Positions 9,817-20,034 of a DNA stretch of 64,000 bases are shown piece after piece. The stretch spans positions 32,001 to 96,000 of the forward strand of contig CAVPNL010000001.1 of NCBI GenBank assembly GCA_963706575.1. Reading direction: 5' to 3'. A model generated the notes under the pieces. It was not told where the DNA came from, made no database searches, and saw only the letters and a list, made by a program, of their open reading frames with translations. Positions within the stretch are counted from its first letter, which is position 1, and the number at the start of each line of letters is the position of its first letter. This DNA is from an uncultured delta proteobacterium (GTDB taxonomy: Bacteria > Desulfobacterota > Desulfobacteria > Desulfobacterales > JAHEIW01). A program made the translations under genes and the position numbers.

Positions 9817-11118
9817 CTAATCGTCGAAGTCGCCGCCCGGGCCTTTATCGCTGCCGATTTTAGCAGCATGTTTCTGGATGAACTCCGGTGTCCATTTTTC
9901 AGGGTCTTCAATTCGCTGTGCTTTCGGTTTGCTTGCGTAAGATCCAGTATCGAGGATGGTTTCGATGGCCAGTGGTGCGGTGTTTTCAGCATTAAAAACG
10001 TTGACGATCATGTTAAAGGCAAAATCTTCAACCCGTTTTATCATTCTTTCCCGGATTTCCCGGGGTTGGCCGAGCAGTTTATTTTCAAAAGGCAGGTTCA
10101 GTTTTTTAAAGTTGCCGCCTTTATATCCCTGCGCATCGGCGTAGGCTAACATTTCAGACCACATCTGTTCGGTAACCCCGGCGTCTTTAACTTTTTTGAA
10201 GTTGCCGTCATCATCGAGGATGGCATTGCCGTAATCATTGACTTCCAGACCCCATGAAATCATTTGCAGCGCTGTTGCGACATTGGCTTTGGTGGTTCGG
10301 GTGTTGGCGGCAATCTCCCGCAGGCGATCTGAATTATTGCCGGAAGTTCCGTGTTGTGCCCCTGAAATATGGTAATCACTTAACGCTTCATGAATTTGTT
10401 TGGTTAATTCGACCTGTATGCCCTGACCACTGGCCTCAATCCCATGGGTGGTGCCGTTGTTTAATGCGATCCAATCCGGAAAGATGCCGTGGGCGTTTAA
10501 GCCCTGAATAAGAAACAGGGCTTCCTCCACGGTAGAAAGTCCTTCTTTTCCTTTAATTTCACCGACTTCAGTTTCAAGCCCGGCCCATTCGGGGACATAC
10601 TTGCCCAGCGCGATGCTGGCCAACAGGTTTTTATCATCCGCCATATGGGATGCATCTATGGCTGCAGAGGTCATGCCGGCTTCGAAAAGGGTGGGGATTT
10701 CCACTTTGGCGGATTCAATATCAGCATCGTTTTTAATTCCGTAATGGTCGGCATGAATAGCCACCGGGACGGTGATACCGAGTTCGTTGCAGGCGGCATC
10801 TACGATACGGGCGATGTTCCAGTAATTGACGGCGCAATAGGCATCGGCTCCGCCTTCGGACTTGGCGATTTCGATGATCAGGGCGGCATTGGCCCGTTGA
10901 GCGGCTTGCAGGGCGCCGCGGATAACGAGGCTGTTTCTGCCGTTGGCTGCCATGGCAATCGCCTGGCCCTTGGCCAGCGCGGCCCGATCAATAAATTTGC
11001 CGCTAACAATCAAAGCCCTGGAATTCGGAAATAGCTTTACGATATTTGGCGGACGGCCAATTCTAAGGGCTTCATCAAAATGAACAGGTTTTCCAATTCC
11101 AGAGCCTTGTGGGGACAT
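9817..11118 (-). CDS. fba: Class II fructose-bisphosphate aldolase
   Basis: IHADH, IDASH, ETEVGEI, NGTTHG, QHGTSG, KANVAT metal/substrate motifs. Confidence 0.88.
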   Translation of the reverse strand: MSPQGSGIGKPVHFDEALRIGRPPNIVKLFPNSRALIVSGKFIDRAALAKGQAIAMAANGRNSLVIRGALQAAQRANAALIIEIAKSEGGADAYCAVNYWNIARIVDAACNELGITVPVAIHADHYGIKNDADIESAKVEIPTLFEAGMTSAAIDASHMADDKNLLASIALGKYVPEWAGLETEVGEIKGKEGLSTVEEALFLIQGLNAHGIFPDWIALNNGTTHGIEASGQGIQVELTKQIHEALSDYHISGAQHGTSGNNSDRLREIAANTRTTKANVATALQMISWGLEVNDYGNAILDDDGNFKKVKDAGVTEQMWSEMLAYADAQGYKGGNFKKLNLPFENKLLGQPREIRERMIKRVEDFAFNMIVNVFNAENTAPLAIETILDTGSYASKPKAQRIEDPEKWTPEFIQKHAAKIGSDKGPGGDFDD

Positions 11119-11130
11119 GGTTGTTCCTCC

Positions 11131-11394
11131 TCATGCATAAATATCGAGTTGGCGCCCCACCCGATCCGCATCGGAATAGTAAAGGCATTGGCTGGAATCG
11201 TACCGGTTATCAGACATATCGAAATGGACGGCACTCACCTTGATATCCGGACGCGGCTGTCGAAGCCGATTATGCCGCTCTATCGATTCCTGCCCGGGAT
11301 GTTGATTGGCCAGTGCCTTTTCCGGGGTATAGGGCTGGATCGGATAATGATGTTCGGGATAGGGTATCAGATTGTAATTTGAAGAAACAACCAT
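11131..11394 (-). CDS. Small hypothetical protein ending in GRQLDIYA
   Basis: GGAAGG RBS; stop abuts the RBS of fba; C-terminal G-x2-LDIYA motif. Confidence 0.6.
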   Translation of the reverse strand: MVVSSNYNLIPYPEHHYPIQPYTPEKALANQHPGQESIERHNRLRQPRPDIKVSAVHFDMSDNRYDSSQCLYYSDADRVGRQLDIYA

Positions 11395-11437
11395 CTGCCT
11401 TCCGATAAGGTGTTGTTTGACAAGTGTTGTTTAAAAA

Positions 11438-11725
11438 TTATCCGTATTGATAAATCTCGTAAATTGTCTCTTCATTCAGCCGGGCATCAATTTCGTTTTG
11501 AACTTCGATTCTCTCGCGGGAAACCACCCATTCCCTCCACTCATCAAGGGATTGCCAGGTACTGATAACCAAATATTTGCCGGGGCTATCTATTTTTTTT
11601 AAGGTTTCACCGGAAATATATCCGGGCTGGTTGGTCGCTAGATTCCGTAAGCGCCTGAAAAGAGGCAATAAATCATTTATCCTCTCTTCAGCGATGACCC
11701 GTCTGATAAAAATTTTAACGGCCAT
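11438..11725 (-). CDS. Antibiotic biosynthesis monooxygenase (ABM) family protein
   Basis: QPGYISGETL...YLVISTWQSLDEWREW pattern, 95 aa. Confidence 0.85.
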   Translation of the reverse strand: MAVKIFIRRVIAEERINDLLPLFRRLRNLATNQPGYISGETLKKIDSPGKYLVISTWQSLDEWREWVVSRERIEVQNEIDARLNEETIYEIYQYG

Positions 11726-11964
11726 GAGACTTCCCTAAATCCAAATGATGATCAGGTAAAGCGAGAATAAGGAAAAAAGCGGGGGGCTGTCAAGTAAAAA
11801 TTGCTTTAAATACCAATTAATTATTTTTATTTCAGCCTGCTGGAAGGCCTGCGGGTTGGGTGCTGAGCCCTTGCAGGTCAGAACATATTGATGGCGTATG
11901 AAACGTTAAGGTGAAGAAGATTCTAGGGCCACGAAAATTCAAATAAAATTAGAATATTCGGGAG

Positions 11965-12519
11965 TTATTGGGTTTGATTTTTTGAATTTTGCTGTGTGAT
12001 TCTCTGGTTATACGCATCGACCTGGGCTTTGTAGTCTTTTCCTTTTTCCTGATAGGCAGCTACGCGTTTGTTCAGGCTATCGACCTTTTTATTGAATTCG
12101 AGGATTTGATCCCCGGTTTTCGCCTGTTTTTTGTCTTCGGCAAGCTGCTGCCTCTCTTTCAGCAGGGCCTCATATTCCTGGTCTATTTCACTTTTTAGCG
12201 CATCGATTCGCTTTTTAACATCTTCAAGGCTTTCCGATTCATCATCTGACAGGTCAGAATTTGTTTCCTGATCTTCGGAAGTCTGTTCTGGCTTATTTTC
12301 CAGGGCAGTTTTCTGCTCGGTGGGGTTTTGGCTTTCCGATTCGATATAACTGCGAATTTTAGCCCGTTGCGCTTCCGGCACCTGGTTAATATCATCGGTG
12401 AAGTGGACGTTGCCTTCGTCATCCACGTATTTATAGAATTCAGCAGATGCGCTTACTGAAAACATCAAAAAGGTGATGATGATAAAAATCTTGAGATATT
12501 TCATCAAAGATTTCTCCAT
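11965..12519 (-). CDS. DUF4124-domain exported protein with coiled-coil C-terminus
   Basis: Signal peptide ending ASA, then EFYKYVDDEGNVHFTDD. Confidence 0.8.
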   Translation of the reverse strand: MEKSLMKYLKIFIIITFLMFSVSASAEFYKYVDDEGNVHFTDDINQVPEAQRAKIRSYIESESQNPTEQKTALENKPEQTSEDQETNSDLSDDESESLEDVKKRIDALKSEIDQEYEALLKERQQLAEDKKQAKTGDQILEFNKKVDSLNKRVAAYQEKGKDYKAQVDAYNQRITQQNSKNQTQ

Positions 12520-12762
12520 GGTGAATGGTTATGGATGGTTTTGCCGTTAAAATATTGCTTTAACATTATTATAAAAATTTATCACATGCGGCCTCTGATT
12601 GCAAATTTGCGACCACTTCTAATCATATAACAATTTTAAGAATTTATCTGCTTATCAGATTCCTAAAATAATTTTCGACCAAAAAAGATAATACTTTAAA
12701 AAAAAAACCAGTCTGCTATCTTCGCAGATGAAGTCAGCAACCCTTCTGCGAAAGGAACCACC

Positions 12763-13998
12763 ATGCTAAGTGAAAAGGAGAAACTGGATGCCCTGGCCAC
12801 CTTAGGAATTGATTTAGGCCGGGTACAGGACCTGGATATCATGATGGAACGAATTCTTACCGAGGCGCGGCGTTTTGCCAATGCGGATGCCGGCTCCATT
12901 TATATCCGAGAAAAAGACTTATTGCATTTTGCTTATACGCAAAACGACACTCTGCAACAGCGTCTGGCCGACGGTGAAAAACTAATCTATTCAACCTTCC
13001 ACATGCCCATCAATGAGGAAAGCATTGCCGGCTACGTAGCTGCCACGGGAAAACCGCTGAATCTGCCCGACGTTTATTCCATCGACCCCGCCAGTCCGTA
13101 TCATTTCAGCAAGGTATTCGATAAAAAGACACACTATACCACTCGATCGGTGCTGACGATTCCACTGAAAAATCATAATGATGATATCATCGGTATCCTT
13201 CAAATAATAAATGCTGAAGATGAGGCTAAAAATGTCGTGGCCTTTTCTCAAAATGATGAGAAAATGATGCTTCACTTTGCCAGTATTGCAGCGGTCGCGC
13301 TGGAGCGGGCTCAAATGACCCGTGCGATTTTGCTGCGAATGATACGCATGGCGGAGATGCGTGATCCTAAAGAAACCGGTGCGCATGTAAACCGCGTTGG
13401 CGGCTATGCGGTGGAGCTTTACGAACGCTGGGCCAAAAGACGCCATTTAAGTCAGAAGGAGGTCGATAAGCATCGGGATATCCTGAGAATGGCGGCAATG
13501 CTTCATGATGTTGGCAAAATTGCCATCTCTGATCTAATCCTTAAAAAGCCCGGCCGCTTAAACGAAGAAGAATACCAAATCATGAAACAGCACACGGTGC
13601 TGGGAGCCCAGCTGTTCTCTGACCGCCAGTCGGATTTTGATGAAGCCGCGGCTCAGGTTGCCTTAAACCATCATGAACGCTGGGACGGTGTCGGTTATCC
13701 AGGACATGTTGACGTTCAAACCGGACAGGCGTTGAGGGGCTTTGAACAACCGGACGGTCGCACGATCGGGAAAAAAGCAGAGGAAATCCCGCTTTACGGG
13801 AGGATTGTTGCCCTGGCGGACGTGTACGATGCGCTTTCATCGGTGCGCGTCTATAAGGAAGCCTGGGACGAATCCAAAGTACTTGATGAGATCGAAAGTG
13901 AATCCGGCCGCCAATTTGATCCGGAACTGGTGGAAATATTTTTTTCCGGCCTCGACTTTCTGCGCACGGTGCAGCGAAGGTATCAAGATAAAGATTAG
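12763..13998 (+). CDS. GAF + HD-GYP c-di-GMP phosphodiesterase
   Basis: GAF region (ADAGSIY, SIAGYVA, FDKKTHYTTRSVLTIPL), then RDPKETGAH, LHDVGK, HHERWDGVGYP, ADVYDAL, FDP. Confidence 0.9.
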   Translation: MLSEKEKLDALATLGIDLGRVQDLDIMMERILTEARRFANADAGSIYIREKDLLHFAYTQNDTLQQRLADGEKLIYSTFHMPINEESIAGYVAATGKPLNLPDVYSIDPASPYHFSKVFDKKTHYTTRSVLTIPLKNHNDDIIGILQIINAEDEAKNVVAFSQNDEKMMLHFASIAAVALERAQMTRAILLRMIRMAEMRDPKETGAHVNRVGGYAVELYERWAKRRHLSQKEVDKHRDILRMAAMLHDVGKIAISDLILKKPGRLNEEEYQIMKQHTVLGAQLFSDRQSDFDEAAAQVALNHHERWDGVGYPGHVDVQTGQALRGFEQPDGRTIGKKAEEIPLYGRIVALADVYDALSSVRVYKEAWDESKVLDEIESESGRQFDPELVEIFFSGLDFLRTVQRRYQDKD

Positions 13999-14227
13999 GA
14001 CTGAGGACTGAGTGCTGAGGTCTGAGGTATATCGAAATAGAAAAGGGCGAAAATGGCCGTGCCAGCTCATGACGGAAAACGACAACTCATGGTCCCAGGA
14101 GGACGATTCATGACGGAAATCGACACTTCATGTTGAAATGGTCGGCCCCCAAGCAGGCTTTTGTGCTCAGTCCTCAGCACTCAGTCCTTATTTTCCCTGA
14201 CACCTGGAACCTGACACCCGAAACCTT
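13996..14227. repeat. Inverted repeat with heptamer arms (GACTGAG / CTCAGTC), enclosing a 25-bp direct repeat and followed by a CCTGACA/CCTGGAA heptamer tract
   Basis: taggactgaggactgagtgctgagg ... ctcagtcctcagcactcagtcctta; cctgacacctggaacctgacacccgaaacct. Confidence 0.8.
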
Positions 14228-14332
14228 ATTTTATTATCCACCGTTTGATGATATATATAAGAACCAGTTTCATTCCTTTAAAACCAATAACCAATAACGC
14301 CATTTAAAAATATGAGGATATCGCTACGATTT

Positions 14333-16315
14333 ATGAAGACCAACCGCATCATCATTATTTTTTATCTTCTTTTGGTTCTCAGCGCATGCGTGCAAAAACC
14401 CCCGGTTACCACCGAACCCGCTCCCATCGGCGTTGAAGATGAGCTTTTTACTGCAGCCGAGAAAATGTTTGAATTTCAAGACTACCCCCAGTCTCTGGAG
14501 ACTTATCGAGCTTATGTCAACCAATATCCTGACAGACCTCTGGCTCCCGCGGCTTTGATGAAAATCGGCAAAATTAATTCTATTTTAGGCAACTATGTTG
14601 AATCGCGTCGCGCCTATAACCGCGTGATTTCAGAATACCCTCGGAGTTCTTTCAACCCGGATGCCCGGGTGGAGATTTTGTTTACACTTTACCAGGAAGG
14701 CGCTTATTCAGCGGTTATTGAACAGGCATCCGACGTTTTGCGAAGTCTTTATTCGGCCCCACACATTTTCCGGACCTATGCAATGGTGGGTGATGCTTAC
14801 CTGGCGCTCGGATCGCCGGCAAATGCCTTCAAATACTATGTCGAAGCCCAACAAATGGCTTCAGAGCTGGAACAGGAAGCCATCACCCAGAAAATAAAAA
14901 CATCCATTGCCCAGCTTGATTCAGCAACCATACTCGAGCTACTCAAAAGCCGGGAAATATATTTATCCCGGGAATATCTGATGTTTCAGCTGGGATTGAA
15001 CTATGCCATGGAGGAAAAATATGATGATGCCCTGGCGGCTTTTGAAAAATTTATAAATCAATACCCTGATCACGAAAATGCGGCGCTGGCTGAAGATCTG
15101 ATCCAACAGATAAAAGAAAGTGCGCTATTTAATCGCTATACCGTTGGCTGTCTGTTGCCGCTTAGCGGCCCTTATCAAGCATTCGGTTCTCGGGCTTTAA
15201 AGGGACTTGAACTTGCTCTTGAACGCTTCAGCGTCCATTCCAGCGGCCCGCAGATGAATATTGTCGTCAAAGATTCACACGGTGATCCGGATCAAACGCG
15301 CCTGGCGATGCAGGAATTGATCAATGAGAAGGTCGCCGCCATCATCGGCCCCATTGTCACCGCCGAAGTTGCTGCTGCCGAAGCCCAGGCAAACGGAATT
15401 CCCATCATTACTTTAACTCAGAAGGACAATATCACCTCAATTGGCGATTATGTTTTCCGGAACTTTATTACCCCGGAAATGCAGGTAAAGACCCTGACCG
15501 ATTTCACCATCAATACACTCGGTTTGAAGCGGTTTGCGATTCTATACCCCGATGAGACTTACGGCATCACATTTATGAATTTATTCTGGGATCGGTTGCT
15601 TGAGAATGGGGGGAAAATTGTCGGGGTCGAAGCCTACAACCCGCAGCATACGGATTTTGCCGATCCCATCAAAAAACTTATCGGGCTGTATTATGATATT
15701 CCTGAGGATTTGAAAGAAGTGGAACAATTGCACTGGGAAGAAGGTGAGAATCAAAGAGATGCGGGCTCACCATTTGATCAGGATAACCCATATGGAAATC
15801 AGAAACAAAAAACGGAGGATGAAGAACCGGAGGCAATTGTTGATTTTGATGCCATATTCATTCCGGATTCACCCCGGACAGCCGGCCTGATTATTCCGCA
15901 GTTGGCGTTTTATGATGTCAAAGATATTTATCTGTTGGGCACGAATGTGTGGCATTCGGATACCTTGATCAAAATGGCCGCCAAGTACGTTCAAGGCGCT
16001 ATTATGCCCGATGGTTTTTTTGCGGAAAGCTCGGCACCTGCTGTGCAGGATTTCGTCCAGATTTTCGAAGAGACTTATCAGGAAAAGCCGGGATTCATTG
16101 AAGCGGTGGTATATGATTCAGCCATGATGATCTTCAGTGTGCTTAATAAACCCGAGCTGAGATTTAAAAGTGAACTGAAAAATGAACTCTTAAATATGGC
16201 GGGTTTTTCGGGCATCAGCGGCCCTATCTATTTTGATGAGAATGGAGAGGCGCAAAAGCAGCTGTATCTTCTGAGGATCAAAGGGAGGAAGTTTGTAGAA
16301 CTGGAACAGGATTAA
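14333..16315 (+). CDS. Penicillin-binding protein activator LpoA-like lipoprotein (TPR repeats + periplasmic binding protein-like domain)
   Basis: Lipobox LSAC, BamD-like TPRs (YP motifs), then VGCLLPLSG, AIIGP, DAIFIPD. Confidence 0.75.
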   Translation: MKTNRIIIIFYLLLVLSACVQKPPVTTEPAPIGVEDELFTAAEKMFEFQDYPQSLETYRAYVNQYPDRPLAPAALMKIGKINSILGNYVESRRAYNRVISEYPRSSFNPDARVEILFTLYQEGAYSAVIEQASDVLRSLYSAPHIFRTYAMVGDAYLALGSPANAFKYYVEAQQMASELEQEAITQKIKTSIAQLDSATILELLKSREIYLSREYLMFQLGLNYAMEEKYDDALAAFEKFINQYPDHENAALAEDLIQQIKESALFNRYTVGCLLPLSGPYQAFGSRALKGLELALERFSVHSSGPQMNIVVKDSHGDPDQTRLAMQELINEKVAAIIGPIVTAEVAAAEAQANGIPIITLTQKDNITSIGDYVFRNFITPEMQVKTLTDFTINTLGLKRFAILYPDETYGITFMNLFWDRLLENGGKIVGVEAYNPQHTDFADPIKKLIGLYYDIPEDLKEVEQLHWEEGENQRDAGSPFDQDNPYGNQKQKTEDEEPEAIVDFDAIFIPDSPRTAGLIIPQLAFYDVKDIYLLGTNVWHSDTLIKMAAKYVQGAIMPDGFFAESSAPAVQDFVQIFEETYQEKPGFIEAVVYDSAMMIFSVLNKPELRFKSELKNELLNMAGFSGISGPIYFDENGEAQKQLYLLRIKGRKFVELEQD

Positions 16316-16420
16316 AATGTTTTTAGTGTTTAGTATTTAGTGTTTAGTAGGAAGGATTGCGGGAAAGCGATATACCAAACACCAAACACTAAATACTAAA
16401 CACTATCCCCCTAAACACCA
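16316..16420. repeat. Inverted repeat with heptamer arms (TGTTTAG / CTAAACA) between convergent genes
   Basis: tagtgtttagtatttagtgtttagta ... taccaaacaccaaacactaaatactaaacacta. Confidence 0.85.
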
Positions 16421-16423
16421 TCT

Positions 16424-17755
16424 CTACTCATTCTTAAGTGATCCCTGCCCGGTTGCTCCCAGCGCGCTGCGCCATAGACTGCCTTTCGGATCGATTTGTT
16501 TGCGTTTCCCGGCCACCGTTTTCATGGGGACGTGCACAAAGTTGTTATTCCAGTGCCCGATTAGCAGGTTTGTTTTGCCGGCCATACCGGCGTGGACCGC
16601 ATTGCGTCCCAGGAAATTACAAAAAACGCGATCGTTGGCGTTTGCCGGCAAACTCCTGATCATGTAACTCGGATCGATGTATTTGGTGGAGATATTTATG
16701 CCTTTCGCATTGAAATAAGATATAATGGCCGCCTTAAGATATATCCCAATATCTTTGAGTTTAATATTACCGGAAGCATCGCGTTCGGTTTTTTCCTTCT
16801 CAAAAAATTTTTGACCGGCCCCCTCTGCTACAACAATGACCGCATGACCTCTATCTGCCAATCGCTGCCGTAACGCTTCTAACAGCCCATTGGGCCCATT
16901 CAGGTCGAAATCGACCTCGGGGATTAAAACAAAATTGACATCCTGCTGTGCCAGCGCGGCTGTTGCCGCAATAAAGCCGGAGTGCCGGCCCATCAGCTTT
17001 AAAAGGCCAATGCCGTTTGGGTAGCCCAGGGCTTCATTATGGGCGCTCATAATTGCGCGGGTGGCAACATCGACAGCCGTATCGAAGCCAAACGAGCGAG
17101 AGACCAGAAAAATATCGTTATCAATGGTCTTGGGGATCCCGACCACGCTGATTTTCAGGTTTCGCTTCAGAATGGCATCTGCAATCCGGGTAGCGGCATT
17201 CAGCGTTCCGTCGCCCCCAATCATAAATAAGATGCCCACGTTCATGCGTTCCAGACAATCAACAATTTCCTCGACATCCTGCGGGCCTCTGGAAGATCCC
17301 AGAACCGATCCGCCCCTTTCGTGTATATTGACGACATAGTCCGGGGTCAGGTCAACAACCTGATGGCCGAATTCAGGGATGAACCCTTGAAGACCAAAGC
17401 GGATCCCATATATCGTTTGAACACTATAACCCCAATGAAGCTCCAGAACAATTGAACGGATGATATCGTTTAACCCGGGACAAAGTCCGCCGCATGTCAC
17501 CAGAGCGCAGCGCAGTTTGCTGGGATCAAAAAAAATGTTGTCTCTGGGGCCTGCCAGTTCAAAACAGGGCGGATCCTGGCCGTCTTTAATCTGCTGGATA
17601 AGGTTTAACTTGTTGACATCAATAACCACGTGTTCATTATCTGTAACAAATGTGATGCCGTTGGCACCCTTGGCGCGATTTTGAACCGGCGAAGGTATTT
17701 TGGCCTCACCCAGGATCGGTATGTCTGTCTCAATAGATGCTAAATCCATAACCAC
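16424..17755 (-). CDS. pfkA: ATP-dependent 6-phosphofructokinase
   Basis: TCGGLCPGLN, IGGDGT (Gly at the ATP/PPi determinant), PKTIDND, LMGRHSG. Confidence 0.88.
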   Translation of the reverse strand: MVMDLASIETDIPILGEAKIPSPVQNRAKGANGITFVTDNEHVVIDVNKLNLIQQIKDGQDPPCFELAGPRDNIFFDPSKLRCALVTCGGLCPGLNDIIRSIVLELHWGYSVQTIYGIRFGLQGFIPEFGHQVVDLTPDYVVNIHERGGSVLGSSRGPQDVEEIVDCLERMNVGILFMIGGDGTLNAATRIADAILKRNLKISVVGIPKTIDNDIFLVSRSFGFDTAVDVATRAIMSAHNEALGYPNGIGLLKLMGRHSGFIAATAALAQQDVNFVLIPEVDFDLNGPNGLLEALRQRLADRGHAVIVVAEGAGQKFFEKEKTERDASGNIKLKDIGIYLKAAIISYFNAKGINISTKYIDPSYMIRSLPANANDRVFCNFLGRNAVHAGMAGKTNLLIGHWNNNFVHVPMKTVAGKRKQIDPKGSLWRSALGATGQGSLKNE

Positions 17756-17847
17756 CTCAAATAAAATACGTTAGCTGTCGGAGCCGCTGCGGTTTCATTG
17801 CTTTGCGGACTATCTTATCACAACTGAAAAATTTTTTTAATTTTTTA

Positions 17848-17876
17848 TTGACAAGCTGCCTCGGCCCCATTATATT
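17848..17876 (+). promoter_or_regulatory. Sigma-70-type promoter
   Basis: TTGACA-17 nt-TATATT preceded by an AT-rich UP-like tract, upstream of the PxxKW gene. Confidence 0.7.
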
Positions 17877-18050
17877 CCGGAAACTTTTTTTTAGATAATC
17901 TAAACTGGCACGTATATTACCGCAGTTTTATCCTTCGTTATTTTAACATTGAAAACCCGGTTCTCCCTCCGGGCTGTAGGCCATGCTGGCCGGAAGCTGG
18001 ATCGGGATTTTTTATTTTTTATTACTTAGCGCCGGAAGGGGGTGATTCCA

Positions 18051-18329
18051 ATGATTTGCGCAACTATTAAAAAAGGCATGGAGTGCACCTTTATGACGTC
18101 TAAAGGATGCTCCTATAATGGTGGAATTTGTAACCAGATCGTCGAGCAATGCAATGGCTGCAACCGCGGCACCGAGCTTTCTTCCGGATGGTACTGCACC
18201 GCTTGCCCGGAACCTTCCATTAAATGGAAAAACGGCAATTGTAACCTGGCGACCCATCTGGCCGTTGAATCCAATAAAGCCAAAACAAAAATTAACCCGC
18301 TGAAGGCATCCAAACGCAGAGGCAGATAG
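18051..18329 (+). CDS. PxxKW family cysteine-rich protein
   Basis: MICATIKKGMECTFM...CPEPSIKWKNGNCNLATH...KINPLKASKR; AAGGGGGTG RBS. Confidence 0.85.
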   Translation: MICATIKKGMECTFMTSKGCSYNGGICNQIVEQCNGCNRGTELSSGWYCTACPEPSIKWKNGNCNLATHLAVESNKAKTKINPLKASKRRGR

Positions 18330-18432
18330 GGGCCGATTCTCGGCACCAGCGAATTGCTTTGACGGAATGTCTGCGGCCTAATTTTGTTTGACCCATCCGC
18401 CTGGTGCGGATTGCGGCAAGATTCATTATTTC

Positions 18433-18473
18433 AAATAAAAACCCCGTCCTTGTTTAAGGCGGGGTTTTTATTT
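18433..18473. terminator. Bidirectional rho-independent terminator
   Basis: aaataaaaaccccg-tccttgtttaagg-cggggtttttattt between convergent genes. Confidence 0.85.
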
Positions 18474-18528
18474 GTTTTAAGCGGGCACGTTGAATGTTAT
18501 CCGGCAACAACGCCTTGTGCTACAAACT

Positions 18529-19806
18529 TTATGCTGAGGTTTTATCAAGGCTAACCAGTTGAATACAGACAGCGACGAGTTCCATGGCAACCTGGATATC
18601 GTCTAACGGCGGGAAAGACGGTGCGATGCGAATATTGCGATCCAGGGGGTCATTCTTATACGGGTAAGCCGAACCGGCGGGTGTCAGCTTAACGCCGGCG
18701 TCAGCGGCCTTTTTAATAACTGAAGCCGCACAGCCTTCCAGGGTATCAATGCTCACAAAATAACCGCCCTGCGGCTTGCTCCAGCTGGCGATATTTTTGC
18801 CTTTCAGTTCATTTTCCAGAATGCGTTGGACCGCGTCGAACTTTGGCTTTAAAATCGCGGCATGTTTTCTCATATGGGCCTCAATGCCGCCCATATCTTT
18901 AAAGAATAGGGTATGGCGCAACTGATTCAGCTTATCCGGTCCGATGGTTTGAAAGGCCATCTGGTTTGTGACCCATTGCATATTTTTTTGACTTCCGGCC
19001 ATGATCGCCAGACCGGCGCCGGCAAAAGAAATCTTTGAGGTTGATCCGAACATAAACGCGCGCTCCGGGTTGCCGGCCTGTTTGCAGGCTGTCAGGATAT
19101 TTTTTAACGGAGCCGGTTTGTCCGACAGATGATGTACGGCATAGGCGTTGTCCCAAAAAATTCTAAAATCAGCCGCCTGGGTCTTCATCTTCGCCAGACG
19201 CTCGACAACCTCGTCCGAATAGACCGCGCCGGTCGGATTGCTGTATTTGGGAACGCACCAAATACCTTTAATATCCTCATCTTCGGCAACCAGATCCTCA
19301 ACTGGGTCCATGGCGGGTCCGTTTTCCTGCATGTCGATGGATATCATCTCGATGCCAAGATATTCACAAATAAAAAAGTGGCGGTCGTAACCGGGGCTGG
19401 GGCACAGGAACTTCACCTTCGGTAATTGTCCCCAGGGTGGGGCACTGTCGCTCACACCCTTTACCAGGGCGCGTAAAATTGTGTCATGCATCATATTGAG
19501 GCTTGAATTTCCGGCCAGGATCAATTCATCGGGTTCAACACCCATGTAGTCGGCAAATAAAATTTTTGCCGCCGGAATACCGTCGAGCCCGCCATAATTA
19601 CGACAATCCAGGCCGTCTTGGGTTAAATAAGCTTTGCCGATATCGCTTTCCAGCATCCCCAGCGCCAGGTCCAGCTGCTCGGAACAGGGTTTTCCCCGGG
19701 TCATGTCCAGCGTAATCCGGCGGGACTGAAATTCACCATAACGCTGCAGCAATTCTTCTTTAATTTTGCGACGCTCCTGACCGCTCATTTTTTTAAAATC
19801 TGTCAT
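18529..19806 (-). CDS. PLP-dependent class I/II aminotransferase (actinobacterial AspAT-like subfamily)
   Basis: LDMTRGKP, CRNYGGLDG, PGYDRHF, WDNAY, GSTSKISF, NIRIAPSFP. Confidence 0.85.
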   Translation of the reverse strand: MTDFKKMSGQERRKIKEELLQRYGEFQSRRITLDMTRGKPCSEQLDLALGMLESDIGKAYLTQDGLDCRNYGGLDGIPAAKILFADYMGVEPDELILAGNSSLNMMHDTILRALVKGVSDSAPPWGQLPKVKFLCPSPGYDRHFFICEYLGIEMISIDMQENGPAMDPVEDLVAEDEDIKGIWCVPKYSNPTGAVYSDEVVERLAKMKTQAADFRIFWDNAYAVHHLSDKPAPLKNILTACKQAGNPERAFMFGSTSKISFAGAGLAIMAGSQKNMQWVTNQMAFQTIGPDKLNQLRHTLFFKDMGGIEAHMRKHAAILKPKFDAVQRILENELKGKNIASWSKPQGGYFVSIDTLEGCAASVIKKAADAGVKLTPAGSAYPYKNDPLDRNIRIAPSFPPLDDIQVAMELVAVCIQLVSLDKTSA

Positions 19807-19952
19807 TTTCAAAATCCTTTTTGCTGGTGTTTAATATGAGGACGCACGCACCTAAAAGCATTAGCCGTCTTCTATAACATTGGATAGAAAACGCATCAAC
19901 CCTGGAAGTAGCCAAACCGGATATCGTATTAAAAGATACTGTTGTCAGCATA

Positions 19953-20013
19953 TAACGAGAACGAGTACGAGGACGATGCGAAGGCGTGTTACCTAACTTC
20001 GTCCTCGTCCTCG
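19953..20013. repeat. Inverted repeat with hexamer arms (ACGAGN / NCTCGT)
   Basis: aacgagaacgagtacgaggacga ... tcgtcctcgtcctcg. Confidence 0.7.
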
Positions 20014-20034
20014 AAATCCGTATTTTTGAGATGC

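Noticed and set aside
14067..14132. Possible CRISPR array
   Set aside because: Only two imperfect 25-bp units with a 16-bp gap, and no cas genes in the window.
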